The notes under the pieces: generated by a model
What the model was told of the DNA's origin: nothing
Databases searched by the model: none
What the model saw: only the letters and a program-made list of their open reading frames with translations
In this document: piece by piece, positions 7,422 to 16,726 of the stretch
Position numbering within the stretch: the stretch's first letter is position 1
Layout: each line of letters opens with the position of its first letter
Translations under genes and position numbers: made by a program
NCBI GenBank assembly: GCA_044336985.1
Contig: JBIIOK010000001.1
Coordinates: 4,998 to 68,997 of the forward strand
Origin: Pirellulales bacterium
Lineage (GTDB): Bacteria; Planctomycetota; Planctomycetia; Pirellulales; UBA1268
Length of the DNA: 64,000 nt
Direction of reading: 5' to 3'

Positions 7422-10400
7422 ATGAAACAGACTACCGGAACGTTGTGGGCTGTCGCGGCGGCCCTCGCGATCGCCTGGCTCGTGGCCCCCGCGGCCGCGG
7501 CACCGGTGCCCTGGACCGCCTCGAATGTGAAGGGCACGCCGGAGCCGCCGCCCCCATTCCGCACGAAGAAAGTCTACGAGCACCTGCGGTTCGGGTCGGC
7601 CACCTCGCTGGCCTTCGCTCCCGGCAGCGACCGGGTCTTCGTGACCGAGCAATGGGGCAAGGTCTACTCGATCCCGGCCGACCGCGACTGCCGCCGGGCC
7701 GACCCGTTCGTCGACATCGCCGACCTCGTCAAGCGGCTCAATGTCGGCCGGTCCGACGCGGATCTGCTCCGGCCGTGGAACATCTTCCATCTCGCCTTCC
7801 ACCCCGACTTCGCCACCAACCGCTTCTGCTATCTCTGCTACACGATCGGCTACCGCGACGAGTCGCGGCCCTTTCCGAACGGCACGCGAGTGGTGCGGCT
7901 CGAGGTGATCGACGACGGCGGCGTGCCGCGGGCCGATCCGGCGAGCGAGGTCGAGATCATCACCTGGCCGTCCGGCGGCCACAACGGCGGTTGCCTCGCC
8001 TTCGGCCCCGACGGCATGCTCTACGTGTCGGCCGGCGACGGGGCCGATCATTTTCCGGCGGACCCGCACAAGACCGGGCAGGACCTCACCGACCTGCGGG
8101 CCTCGATCATGCGGATCGACGTCGATCATCCGACGAGTGGCCGCGGCTATTCGATCCCCGCCGACAACCCCTTCGTCGACGTGCCCGGAGCCCGCGGCGA
8201 ACTCTATTCCTTCGGCAACCGCAACATTTGGAAGATGAGCTTCGACCGAAAGACGGGCGAACTCTGGGCCGGCGACGTGGGGCTCGAGGTGTGGGAGCTC
8301 GTCTGCCGCGTGAAGGCGGGCGAGAACTACGGCTGGAGCATCGTCGAGGGCGCGAACCCCATCCATCCCGACTGGCCGCGGGGCCCGGCGCCGATCGCGA
8401 AGCCCTGGTGCCAGGTGCCGCACACGGCCGGGGCCTCGATCACCGGCGGCTTCGTCTATCGCGGCAAGAGGTTTCCGGAGCTCGTCGGCCGCTACGTTTT
8501 CGGCGACTGGGTGACCCGCCGCGTGTGGAGCATCGGCACGACCGGCGACGGGCCGGGCCCGCTCGTCGATCTCGTCGCCCCCACGATCCGCGTGGTCGCC
8601 TTCGCCGAGGATCGCGACGGCGAGATCTTCATCCTCGACTACGACGACGGCTCGATCCACGAGATCCTGCCCAACGACGAGGTGGCCGATGCGGGAAAGT
8701 TTCCCGAGCGGCTCTCCGAGACCGGTCTCTTTGCCGATACCGCGAAGCAGCAGCCGATGCCCGGCGTGACGCCGTTCGAGATCGCGGCCGAGGCCTGGGC
8801 CGACCATGCAAAGTCCCGCCGGTTCATCGGCCTCCCCGGCACGGGCAGTGTCAAGCTCAATCCGGGCAAGAAGCCGGTGCAGGGGTCGATGTTTTCCACG
8901 AGTCTCAACTATCCGCCGGGCACCGTGCTCGCCAAGACGTTTTCGATGCGGATGCGGGAGGATGATCCGCAGAGCGACCGCAAGCTCGAAACGCAGCTGC
9001 TCCACTTCGACGGCCGCCACTGGCACGGCTATTCATACGCCTGGAACGAGGCGGGCACCGACGCCGACCTCGTGGCGACCGAGGGGAAGAGCCTGCCGCT
9101 CGAGATCGCCGACGCCCGCGCGCCGGGCGGCAGGCGGGAGCAGACCTGGCGGTTTCTCGGCCGCAACGAATGCCAGCGATGCCACAACGAGTGGGCCGGG
9201 ACGTCGCTCGCCTTCGACGTCGCCCAGCTCAATCGAGACGTGCCGGCAGCGGGCGACGGCAAGGCGGTGAACCAGCTCCGCGAATTTCGCGCCCGCGGCC
9301 TCTTGGAGGACGTCGTCATCAAGCCGAATCTCGAGGCCGACCCCTTCGACACCATCCAGCGGCCCGGCTCCGAGGACACGCTGCCGCGGTTCCCCGATCC
9401 TCACGATCCCACCGCCGCGCTCGACGCGCGGGCGCGGGCCTACCTGCACACCAACTGCGCCGGCTGCCACCGCTTCGGCGGCGGCAGCGTGCCGCACGTC
9501 CACCTCAACACGGAGATCGTCACCGCGGATCTGGAGGTGCTCGGGATGCGGCCGGCGCGGGGCGACTTCGCCATACCCGAGGCCCGCGTGATCGCCCCGG
9601 GCGAGCCCCATCGTTCGACGCTCTGGTATCGCATGGCGACGTCCGGCCCCGGCCGGATGCCGCACATCGGCGCCGAACTGGTCGACGAGGCCGGGCTCGC
9701 CCTCGTCCGCGAGTGGATCGCGTCGCTGCCCCCCGATTCCATCGAGCGGCGGCTCGTCGCCCGGCTCGTTGCGATCGACGAGCAGGCCGTGCTCGCGAAG
9801 GAGAGCGCCGACGCGCCGCGGGAGCGGTTGCAGATGGCCCGCAAGATCGCCGCCGAAGCCAAGCGGACGCAGCCCGACGACGCCGACCTCGCGGCGGCCG
9901 AGAAGCAGCGGCTCGAAGCGGCCGCCGCACGGGCGGAACAACGGCTCGCCGAACGGCGGCAACTCCTGACGAAACTGCTCGGCTCGACGGGCGGCGCGGC
10001 GACGCTCGCCGACGCGCTCGTCGCCGGCCGGTTGCCGGCGGCGACCCGCGAATTCGTGCTCGACGGGATCGGCGCGGCCGATACCGTCGTCATCGGTCTC
10101 TTCGAAAGGTTCCTGCCGCCCGAGCGCCGGGTGCGACGCTTGGGCGCGGCGATCGACCCGCAGACGATCCTGTCGGTCGCCGGCGACGCCGACCGCGGCC
10201 GGTCGCTCTTCGCCGAATCGAGCGCGGTGCAGTGCCGCACCTGCCATGCCGTCGGCGGGCAGGGAGGCGCGGTCGGCCCGGCGCTCGACCGCGTCGCCAC
10301 GCGGCTCGACCGGCAGAAAATCCTCGAAAGCCTGCTCGAGCCGTCGAAGACGATCGCGCCCGAGTACCGCACGTGGCTGGCGGTCACGGACGACGGCCGC

Positions 10401-10601
10401 AGCGTGACGGGGCTCATGGTGAAGCGGACCGACGAGACCGTCTCGATCGTCGATGCCGCGGGTAAACTGACCGAGCTGGCCGCCGCGACGATCGACGAGC
10501 TCGAGCCGCTGCCTACGTCGCTCATGCCCGAACAACTGCTTCGAGACCTGTCGGCCGGTCAGGCCGCGGACCTGCTTGCCTACCTGGAGTCTTTGCGATG
10601 A
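7422..10601 (+). CDS. Secreted PQQ-dependent sugar dehydrogenase-like beta-propeller fused to multi-heme-motif cytochrome c / Pirellula-Verrucomicrobium-type heme-binding domain
   Basis: 1059 aa. Signal peptide: MKQTTGTLWAVAAALAIAWLVAPAAAA. GSDH-like blocks: GGHNGGCLAFGPDGMLYVSAGDG, NPFV..GELYSFGNRNIWKMSFD, YGWSIVEG. Middle region: LSETGLFADTAKQQPMPGVTPFEIAAEAWADHAKSRRFIGLP. Three CxxCH motifs: CQRCH, CAGCH, CRTCH. C-terminal part: ...SLMPEQLLRDLSAGQAADLLAYLESL. Confidence 0.85.
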   Translation: MKQTTGTLWAVAAALAIAWLVAPAAAAPVPWTASNVKGTPEPPPPFRTKKVYEHLRFGSATSLAFAPGSDRVFVTEQWGKVYSIPADRDCRRADPFVDIADLVKRLNVGRSDADLLRPWNIFHLAFHPDFATNRFCYLCYTIGYRDESRPFPNGTRVVRLEVIDDGGVPRADPASEVEIITWPSGGHNGGCLAFGPDGMLYVSAGDGADHFPADPHKTGQDLTDLRASIMRIDVDHPTSGRGYSIPADNPFVDVPGARGELYSFGNRNIWKMSFDRKTGELWAGDVGLEVWELVCRVKAGENYGWSIVEGANPIHPDWPRGPAPIAKPWCQVPHTAGASITGGFVYRGKRFPELVGRYVFGDWVTRRVWSIGTTGDGPGPLVDLVAPTIRVVAFAEDRDGEIFILDYDDGSIHEILPNDEVADAGKFPERLSETGLFADTAKQQPMPGVTPFEIAAEAWADHAKSRRFIGLPGTGSVKLNPGKKPVQGSMFSTSLNYPPGTVLAKTFSMRMREDDPQSDRKLETQLLHFDGRHWHGYSYAWNEAGTDADLVATEGKSLPLEIADARAPGGRREQTWRFLGRNECQRCHNEWAGTSLAFDVAQLNRDVPAAGDGKAVNQLREFRARGLLEDVVIKPNLEADPFDTIQRPGSEDTLPRFPDPHDPTAALDARARAYLHTNCAGCHRFGGGSVPHVHLNTEIVTADLEVLGMRPARGDFAIPEARVIAPGEPHRSTLWYRMATSGPGRMPHIGAELVDEAGLALVREWIASLPPDSIERRLVARLVAIDEQAVLAKESADAPRERLQMARKIAAEAKRTQPDDADLAAAEKQRLEAAAARAEQRLAERRQLLTKLLGSTGGAATLADALVAGRLPAATREFVLDGIGAADTVVIGLFERFLPPERRVRRLGAAIDPQTILSVAGDADRGRSLFAESSAVQCRTCHAVGGQGGAVGPALDRVATRLDRQKILESLLEPSKTIAPEYRTWLAVTDDGRSVTGLMVKRTDETVSIVDAAGKLTELAAATIDELEPLPTSLMPEQLLRDLSAGQAADLLAYLESLR

Positions 10602-13600
10602 CGATCCCGAAGCGACTGGTGTCTGCATTGCTCGCGTTCGCGAGCCTGGTCTCGATTGCCGTGGCGGCGCCGCCCGCCGCGACCGGCCCGGACCTCACGA
10701 TCGGGCTCAAGAAATCGGACATCGACCTCGCGGCCTGCAAGGCCTGGGTAGACGGCAAGGAGTCCGAGGGCGACTTCAACAACGGCATCCTCGCCACGCT
10801 CGGGCTGGTCGAAGGGAATCCGTGGACGGCGATCCATTACAGCAAGGCGCAGGAAGCCAAGGTCATCGAGTATCTCGTGGTGCTCAAGAAGCCGGTGAAG
10901 TTTCGCGCGCTGCTCTTTCAAAAAGAAGGCACGCTGCGGTACCTGAAGCCGGGTGCGTCCCTGCCGGCGGATTCCGCCAAGGCAGAAAGCTGGTCGGAGG
11001 TGACGTTTCCGCCGAACCAGTCGGGCTGGCGGCTGGCGACGGTGGCGGGCGAATCGCAGGCCTTTCTCTGCACGGTCAAGAACGACCGGTACGGCTGGGA
11101 TCCCTTCACCTTCCTGCGGCTCATGAAGCCGCGGCTCTACAACATCGTGCCCGAGGGGCTCGCCAATGGCGAGGCGGAATACGTCGCGTATGCGGCGGTC
11201 GGCCCGCCGGCGTACCACAAGGCGTCGTTCATCGTCACCGGCGCGGGCTCCTGGCAGAGCCACGGCCCCGACAAAGACACCGGCCGCACGCCGCGGCCGC
11301 CGGTGACCGATATCGACCCGACCTGGTTCGTGGTCTCGTGGGACGAGCCGCGGACGATCTCGGGCCTCCTGCTCGCGTCGAACTTCAAGACCTTCAAGGT
11401 CTATGCCTACACGGGCCCGGCCGGCATCAACCCGGCCGTGGCCGGTCCGCAGGCCTGGACGCGGATCAAGGGAGACCCGCGGGCCGACGGCGGCGCCGCT
11501 CTGCTGACGTTTCCGCCGATCACCACGCGGGGGCTCAGGTTCGTGGCGGAAGCGACCATCAAGAATAACGAGGTGGAGCCTCGCTGGGGCACGATCTCCG
11601 GGCTACAGGTGTTCACCGACTTGGGCGACGCGCCGGTGCCGGAATTCAAGCCGGCCGCCGCGGCGGAATCGCCGCCGCTCGCGATCGAGCTCACGCTGCC
11701 CGAGAAGGGGATCGTTTCGATGGCCATCGACGGCCCCGACGGGCGGCGGGTGCGGAATATGCCCGCACGGCTGGAGATGGAGGGTGGAAAGCAGACCGTC
11801 GGCTGGGATCTCAAGGACGAGAACGGCGGCCACGTGGCCCCGGGAAGTTACACCTGGAAGGCGATCACGCATCCCGGCCTCGAGGTGAAATACCAGATGA
11901 CGTCCTATCCAAACGTCGAGATGGTGACCAAGGAGAATGCGCCCTGGCGCCTCAACGATCCTGGTCCCGACGGCTGGCTGGCCGATCACTCGCCGCCGCG
12001 GGCGGTGTGTGTGGCGGGCGACGACCGGGTCTTCCTGGCGTCTCAGTGTGCCGAGAGCGGCGTGGCGTTGATCGAGTGCGATCTCGACGGCCGCAAGCAC
12101 TGGGGCCACGGCAACATCATCGCCTGGACCGGGCCGGCATACCTGGCCAGCGACGGCAAGGACCTCTACGCCATGCCCGAGTCGAGAGGCCACTTCGAGC
12201 TCCAGGGGCAGGTCGATCATGTCTGGCGATTCTCGCTGCCGGAGAAGAAGCTCGACACGTCCTTCACGCTCAACGCCACCGCCACGCGGAAGCGGGGCGT
12301 TAGCGGCATGGCCGTCCGCGACGGGAAGCTCTACGTCGCCGTGAACGCGGGGGACACCTGGCTCGAGAACGCGTTTGCCGCGTCGATCGTGGACCAGGAC
12401 AACTGCGAGCCGAAATACCCGAAGCCGACGAAGAGCACCAACATGCTTCAGGATCCGCTGCCCCGTGCCGACTTCCTGCGGCTCCTGCGGCTCACCGGCA
12501 CGCCGCCGGGAGGGAATGGCCTTGCATACCTGGAGACCGCGAAGCAGCCGGCGGCCCGGCAGCACATCGTGATCGCGCTCGAGAGGGAGGCGCCGATCGG
12601 CAGCTTCGTGTTTCCGCTGCCGGAGGTGAAGGATCTGCAGATGGTCGTGAGCGTCTTGAAGCCGGGCGCCGCGTATCCGCCGAAGCCAAACAAGGACGCC
12701 GACTGGCAGCGGGTCTACGCCGGCAAGGGCAAGGGCTGGACCGTCGTCACGGCGCCGGAGAAGACGGTGACCCGCGCGATCCGGCTGAGTTTCGACAAGG
12801 GGCTCGACGAACTCGACGAGGCGGTCCTCGACGACGAGGGGGATCCGGCCCTCGATGGCGGTCTCGGCGACGCGGCGGGTGATGCTGACTCCAAGGAAAA
12901 GAACAAGGCCGCCTGGTTCGCCCAGCTCGAGGGGATGAAGATCCTCAGTCGCCGGTTCGAGAATCTTTTCCCCACGTGCAAAGTGACGGTCAATTCCGGC
13001 ACGGTGACGCCGGAGGGGGAATGGGATGCCAATCGCGAAAAGCCGCTCACGTCCGAGAACCCCGGCGTCTACATGATGGAGTGGGATGCGCCGCAGCCGA
13101 TCCGGGGCCTCGCGATCAAGGAGATCGACGGCCGGTTCACTGAGATCGACGCCTGGACGGGCGCAGGCTCTCCCGACATGAAGGCCGTCAAGGGCTGGGA
13201 GAAGCTCGCGAGCTACGAGCAGAAGCTCCGCTACTACTTCAACCCCGACCAGAACCACAACAGCAAGGCCCGCTACATCGACGGCTATGTCGATTTCGGC
13301 CGCGACGTCTCGACACGGGCCATCCGGATGCGGGTCACCGAACAGTGGATGTGGAGGGAAGGCGACCGCGCGGGCGTCGTGGGCGTGCGGATTGACCGCG
13401 GCGGCCCGACACTCGATCCGACCCGCTGTCGGATCTACGGCGTGGCGCCGCTCAAGTCCGTGGGAGGCGAGCCGCCGGTCGACCTGCTCGCGACGCAACG
13501 CATCGAGGTCTATGACGTGGCGACCAAGAAGCTCGTCAAGGAGATCCCGTTCTCCGAGGGGAGCGACATCGCGTTCGCCCCGGATGGATCGCTCTACGGC

Positions 13601-15889
13601 ATCTCCGCCGGGAAGGTGGTGAAGGTGGACGTGGAAGGGGGCAAGCACGTGCCGCTGCCGCTCGACGTGGGTCGGCCCACGGCGATCACGTGTGGCAGGA
13701 CGGGCGAACTGTTCGTGTTCGACAGCGCGCGAGACCAGCGGGTGATCCGCGTCTTCGACTCCTCAGGCAAGCCGCTGCGGACGATCGGCACGCCGGGCGG
13801 GAGGATCGTCGGGCCGTACGACCCGATGCGGTTCACGAGCAGCGCCAACGTGGCCGTGGATCTCGCCGTTGACGCGAAGGATCAACTCTGGGTGGTGGAG
13901 TGCGACGAGACGCCGAGGCGGGTGAGCCTGTGGGGCGTGGACGGCACGTTCAAGAAGGACCTGCTCGGCAACACGGGCTACGGCGGCGGAGGCGTCCTCG
14001 ACCCCTACGACCACTCGCGGCTTTACTACACGACCTTCAGTGGCGGCGGGCTCGAGTTCGCGCTCGACTGGAAGACCGGGGCCACGGCGCTCAAGAGAAT
14101 TCTCTGGCAGGGCGACACACCGGCCGGAGAGCAGGCCATCCGGATCAAGGACCGCGATTACCTCGTGACGAGAGCGCACTTCCAGACGCAGCCGGCGGGG
14201 ATCGTCTATCTCCAGGAGAAAGACCGGCTGAAGTGCGTGGCGGCGATGGGAGCGGCCGACAGTTTCCCGCCGCTGCGGACCTCGGCCATCCTCGAAAAAC
14301 TCGGCCGCAAGCCCCTCGGAACGCAGGGGTTCCTCTGGAGCGATCGCAGCGGCGACGGCACGCCGCAGGCCGACGAAGTGGAATTCTTCGACATTCCCGA
14401 CAGACGTGCCGCGCACGTCGGCCGGTTCGACGAGACGCTCGGCGTCGATTCGCCCAAGTTTCGCTACGAGGTGAAGGAGATCCTCTTGAACGGCGCCCCG
14501 GTCTACGAGCGGAAGAAGAAGGCCTTTGGCTCCGGCGTGGTGCGGATGAACGACGGCCGGTTCTTCGTGGTCGGTGACAACGAGAAGATGGCCGCCGTCG
14601 ACGCCGACGGCAAGGCCGGCTGGACGCATCCGACCGAGAGCTGGGGCGGGCAAGCGATATCCTCGGCGAAGAGGCCCTGGTTCCCGGGCCAGACGGTGGC
14701 CCAGTTCGACGTCGTGGGCCACGAGACGGCCACGAAGGGGGATCTCGGCGAGTTCTTCGTGACCAACGGCAACTGCGGTACCTGGCACATCTGGACGGCC
14801 GACGGCCTGCTCGCGGGCCGGATCTTCTCCGACCTGTTGGGCCCTGTGAAGCAAACCTGGAGCAGGGAGCACGACCGCGGGTTCGACCTGACCGGCGTGT
14901 CGCTCGGGCAGGAGCACTTCCGCGGCGCTTTCTGCCAGTCCCGCGAGAACGGCAGGTTCTACGGCGTGGTCGGCCACAACAACATCAGTGTCGTCGAGGT
15001 GCAGGGCTTCGAGAAGTTCAAGCGGCTCGGCGGCGCGATCACGGTGACGCAGAAGGACGTCGATGAGGCCATGGAGTGGGATCGCAAGGTGCAGGCGCGG
15101 AAGCTCCACGAGGCGGCGAAATTGATCGAATGCCGCCGGCGAAAGGGGGGCATCACGGCCGACGGCAATCCCGCCGAGTGGGATTTCACGAGCGCCGCGC
15201 TCGAAGGCCGCGACGCCGCGCTCGCCATGGCCTACGACGAAAAGAACCTCTATGTCTGCTTCACGGTGCAGGGCTCGGGGCCGCTCAAGAACATGGGCAA
15301 CCGCTGGCAGCGGCTTTTCAAGAGCGGCGCGGCGGTGGACCTGCAGATCGGCGTCGATCCGAAGGCCGACGTGCAGCGGAAGGCGCCCGCCGTGGGCGAC
15401 TGCCGCCTGCTGATGACGATGACGAGCGAGGGCCCGACGGCGGTGCTCTACCAGCCCAACAAGCCCGATGCCAAGCCGGACGAGGCGTGGCAGACGCGGA
15501 CGGATGTGGCGTACGCGGGCTTCGACCGCGTCGTGAAGCTGCCGGAGGTGAAACTGGCGGCGAAGGGCGACGAGAGGGGCTACTGCGCCGAGGCCGTGAT
15601 TCCGCTCGCGGCCCTCGGGCTCACGATCGTGCCGGACGTCACCTACAAGTTCGACTGGGGCATCCTCGCGGGCGGCCCGGAGGGCAACGCGGTGCTCCAG
15701 CGACTCTACTGGGCCAACCCCCAGACGGCGATGCTCAGCGACGAGCCGATCGAGGCGCAGCTCCACCCGGATCTCTGGGGCACGGTGCGGTTTTCGGCGG
15801 GCGGCGGCAGCAAGGGCAAGCCCGAACTCGACATGGAGACGAAGCTCGGCGGCGACGACGACTTCAAGCTCGACCCCGACGAAGAATAG
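10598..15889 (+). CDS. Giant secreted multidomain protein, paralog A (discoidin/F5-8C-like modules, FlgD-Ig-like domain, NHL/beta-propeller repeats, C-terminal CBM9/DOMON-like domain); no recognisable catalytic domain
   Basis: 1763 aa. The ATGA overlap with the dehydrogenase stop indicates translational coupling. Signal peptide: MTIPKRLVSALLAFASLVSIAVA. FlgD-Ig-like: IVSMAIDGPDGRRVRNMPARLEMEGGKQTVGWDLKDENGGHVAPGSYTWKAI. NHL-like: DIAFAPDGSLYGIS..., GELFVFDSARDQRVIRVFDSSGKPLRTIG. C-terminal part: ITADGNPAEWDF...YDEKNLYVCFTV...GYCAEAVIPLAALG...WGTVRF. Confidence 0.85.
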   Translation: MTIPKRLVSALLAFASLVSIAVAAPPAATGPDLTIGLKKSDIDLAACKAWVDGKESEGDFNNGILATLGLVEGNPWTAIHYSKAQEAKVIEYLVVLKKPVKFRALLFQKEGTLRYLKPGASLPADSAKAESWSEVTFPPNQSGWRLATVAGESQAFLCTVKNDRYGWDPFTFLRLMKPRLYNIVPEGLANGEAEYVAYAAVGPPAYHKASFIVTGAGSWQSHGPDKDTGRTPRPPVTDIDPTWFVVSWDEPRTISGLLLASNFKTFKVYAYTGPAGINPAVAGPQAWTRIKGDPRADGGAALLTFPPITTRGLRFVAEATIKNNEVEPRWGTISGLQVFTDLGDAPVPEFKPAAAAESPPLAIELTLPEKGIVSMAIDGPDGRRVRNMPARLEMEGGKQTVGWDLKDENGGHVAPGSYTWKAITHPGLEVKYQMTSYPNVEMVTKENAPWRLNDPGPDGWLADHSPPRAVCVAGDDRVFLASQCAESGVALIECDLDGRKHWGHGNIIAWTGPAYLASDGKDLYAMPESRGHFELQGQVDHVWRFSLPEKKLDTSFTLNATATRKRGVSGMAVRDGKLYVAVNAGDTWLENAFAASIVDQDNCEPKYPKPTKSTNMLQDPLPRADFLRLLRLTGTPPGGNGLAYLETAKQPAARQHIVIALEREAPIGSFVFPLPEVKDLQMVVSVLKPGAAYPPKPNKDADWQRVYAGKGKGWTVVTAPEKTVTRAIRLSFDKGLDELDEAVLDDEGDPALDGGLGDAAGDADSKEKNKAAWFAQLEGMKILSRRFENLFPTCKVTVNSGTVTPEGEWDANREKPLTSENPGVYMMEWDAPQPIRGLAIKEIDGRFTEIDAWTGAGSPDMKAVKGWEKLASYEQKLRYYFNPDQNHNSKARYIDGYVDFGRDVSTRAIRMRVTEQWMWREGDRAGVVGVRIDRGGPTLDPTRCRIYGVAPLKSVGGEPPVDLLATQRIEVYDVATKKLVKEIPFSEGSDIAFAPDGSLYGISAGKVVKVDVEGGKHVPLPLDVGRPTAITCGRTGELFVFDSARDQRVIRVFDSSGKPLRTIGTPGGRIVGPYDPMRFTSSANVAVDLAVDAKDQLWVVECDETPRRVSLWGVDGTFKKDLLGNTGYGGGGVLDPYDHSRLYYTTFSGGGLEFALDWKTGATALKRILWQGDTPAGEQAIRIKDRDYLVTRAHFQTQPAGIVYLQEKDRLKCVAAMGAADSFPPLRTSAILEKLGRKPLGTQGFLWSDRSGDGTPQADEVEFFDIPDRRAAHVGRFDETLGVDSPKFRYEVKEILLNGAPVYERKKKAFGSGVVRMNDGRFFVVGDNEKMAAVDADGKAGWTHPTESWGGQAISSAKRPWFPGQTVAQFDVVGHETATKGDLGEFFVTNGNCGTWHIWTADGLLAGRIFSDLLGPVKQTWSREHDRGFDLTGVSLGQEHFRGAFCQSRENGRFYGVVGHNNISVVEVQGFEKFKRLGGAITVTQKDVDEAMEWDRKVQARKLHEAAKLIECRRRKGGITADGNPAEWDFTSAALEGRDAALAMAYDEKNLYVCFTVQGSGPLKNMGNRWQRLFKSGAAVDLQIGVDPKADVQRKAPAVGDCRLLMTMTSEGPTAVLYQPNKPDAKPDEAWQTRTDVAYAGFDRVVKLPEVKLAAKGDERGYCAEAVIPLAALGLTIVPDVTYKFDWGILAGGPEGNAVLQRLYWANPQTAMLSDEPIEAQLHPDLWGTVRFSAGGGSKGKPELDMETKLGGDDDFKLDPDEE

Positions 15890-15973
15890 GATGCCGCGGC
15901 GAAGCCGGGCCGCGAGGGGCGATTGCCAGCTCGGCGGTGGTACACTCGATGATCCCGGGAATACGACGAATCG

Positions 15974-16183
15974 ATGAAGCGTTCGACCGAACAGCCGGCG
16001 CGGCTGAGCGTCACTGACCAGGTGTCGCAGGCACGTGCCGATCGTGCGGCATGGCAGGCCTGTACGCCTGAAGAACGCCTCGACGCCGTCGAGGCCTTGA
16101 GGCTGCAGGCTGGGAAGTTCATCTATGAATACCCAACCAGACTTCGAAGACTTCTTACGATTACTCGAAGTTCATCGCGTTGA
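15974..16183 (+). CDS. Small conserved hypothetical protein, upstream partner of the nucleotidyltransferase-fold gene
   Basis: 69 aa with an ATG start. ADRAAWQACTPEERLDAVEALRLQAGKFIYEYPTRLRRLLTITR matches a small-protein pattern I recall (..yW.s.TPEERL.AlE.LR....y....RLqRvl.i..) that is usually found just upstream of this nucleotidyltransferase family. It overlaps the next gene by 59 nt. Confidence 0.5.
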   Translation: MKRSTEQPARLSVTDQVSQARADRAAWQACTPEERLDAVEALRLQAGKFIYEYPTRLRRLLTITRSSSR

Positions 16184-16565
16184 GTACATGATCGTGGGGG
16201 GCTACGCGGTCGCGTATCACGGCTTTCCGCGATTCACGAAGGACATAGACATCTTCTTTTCCGATGGCGATGAGAACCTCGTGCGCCTCCAGGCGGCGCT
16301 CGTGGCCTTCGGCTTTCAGCCAGCGACCGTGCCCGTCGAGACGTTGGGGAAACCCGACGCGGTGTTGGCGGTCGGCGTGGAGCCGGTGCGGATCGACCTC
16401 CTCAACAGGATCGACGGGGTGACCTTCGACGAGGCACGGTCCTCCACGGTTCGAGGCCGCTACGGAGCCGTCGAGGTGACGTTCATCGGCAAGGAGCATT
16501 TGCTGCGGAACAAGCGTGCCACGGGAAGGCACCGTGATTTGGGCGACGTGGACGAACTGCTCTGA
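16125..16565 (+). CDS. Nucleotidyltransferase-fold protein (DUF6036-like; possible toxin-antitoxin-type cassette component)
   Basis: 146 aa. N-terminus: MNTQPDFEDFLRLLEVHRVEYMIVGGYAVAYHGFPRFTKDIDIFF (GG...hG.pR.TkDiDi motif). C-terminus: LLRNKRATGRHRDLGDVDEL. It lies between the two giant paralogs. Confidence 0.7.
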   Translation: MNTQPDFEDFLRLLEVHRVEYMIVGGYAVAYHGFPRFTKDIDIFFSDGDENLVRLQAALVAFGFQPATVPVETLGKPDAVLAVGVEPVRIDLLNRIDGVTFDEARSSTVRGRYGAVEVTFIGKEHLLRNKRATGRHRDLGDVDELL

Positions 16566-16601
16566 GCGGCGGGCTGTCGCTCCGCCGGATCAGTGGCCGA
16601 G

Positions 16602-16623
16602 CCCAGATTTGGTGGCTGGCACC
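16602..16623 (-). repeat. REP element copy (single, reverse orientation)
   Basis: Exact CCCAGATTTGGTGGCTGGCACC at 16602-16623, 36 nt after the nucleotidyltransferase stop and about 100 nt upstream of giant paralog B. Confidence 0.85.
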
Positions 16624-16658
16624 TTTTTCGTTTCGTGTAACCGTTGGCGGCTTTCACT

Positions 16659-16694
16659 CATTATAGTGGCGGCCGACATTATATTGGCGGCCGA
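16659..16694 (+). repeat. Tandem 18-bp direct repeat (CATTATAgTGGCGGCCGA / CATTATAtTGGCGGCCGA) in the leader of giant paralog B; candidate regulatory site
   Basis: Two head-to-tail copies at 16659-16676 and 16677-16694, 17/18 identical. A third partial TTGGCGGC lies at 16644-16651. Each unit carries a TATAGT/TATATT -10-like hexamer. This is an AT-rich island 33 nt upstream of the ATG at 16727. Confidence 0.6.
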
Positions 16695-16726
16695 GCGGTC
16701 CCACGCACCATCGGGAGTGTTTTTCG

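Noticed and set aside
5553-10628. Minus-strand ORFs 5553..7367 (604 aa), 7386..9026 (546 aa) and 9033..10628 (531 aa), plus alternative plus-frame ORFs 5933..7414, 7415..8965 and 9170..10465.
   Set aside because: They overlap the well-supported anti-sigma and dehydrogenase genes. Several run through REP sequence. Their composition is biased and no motifs were found.
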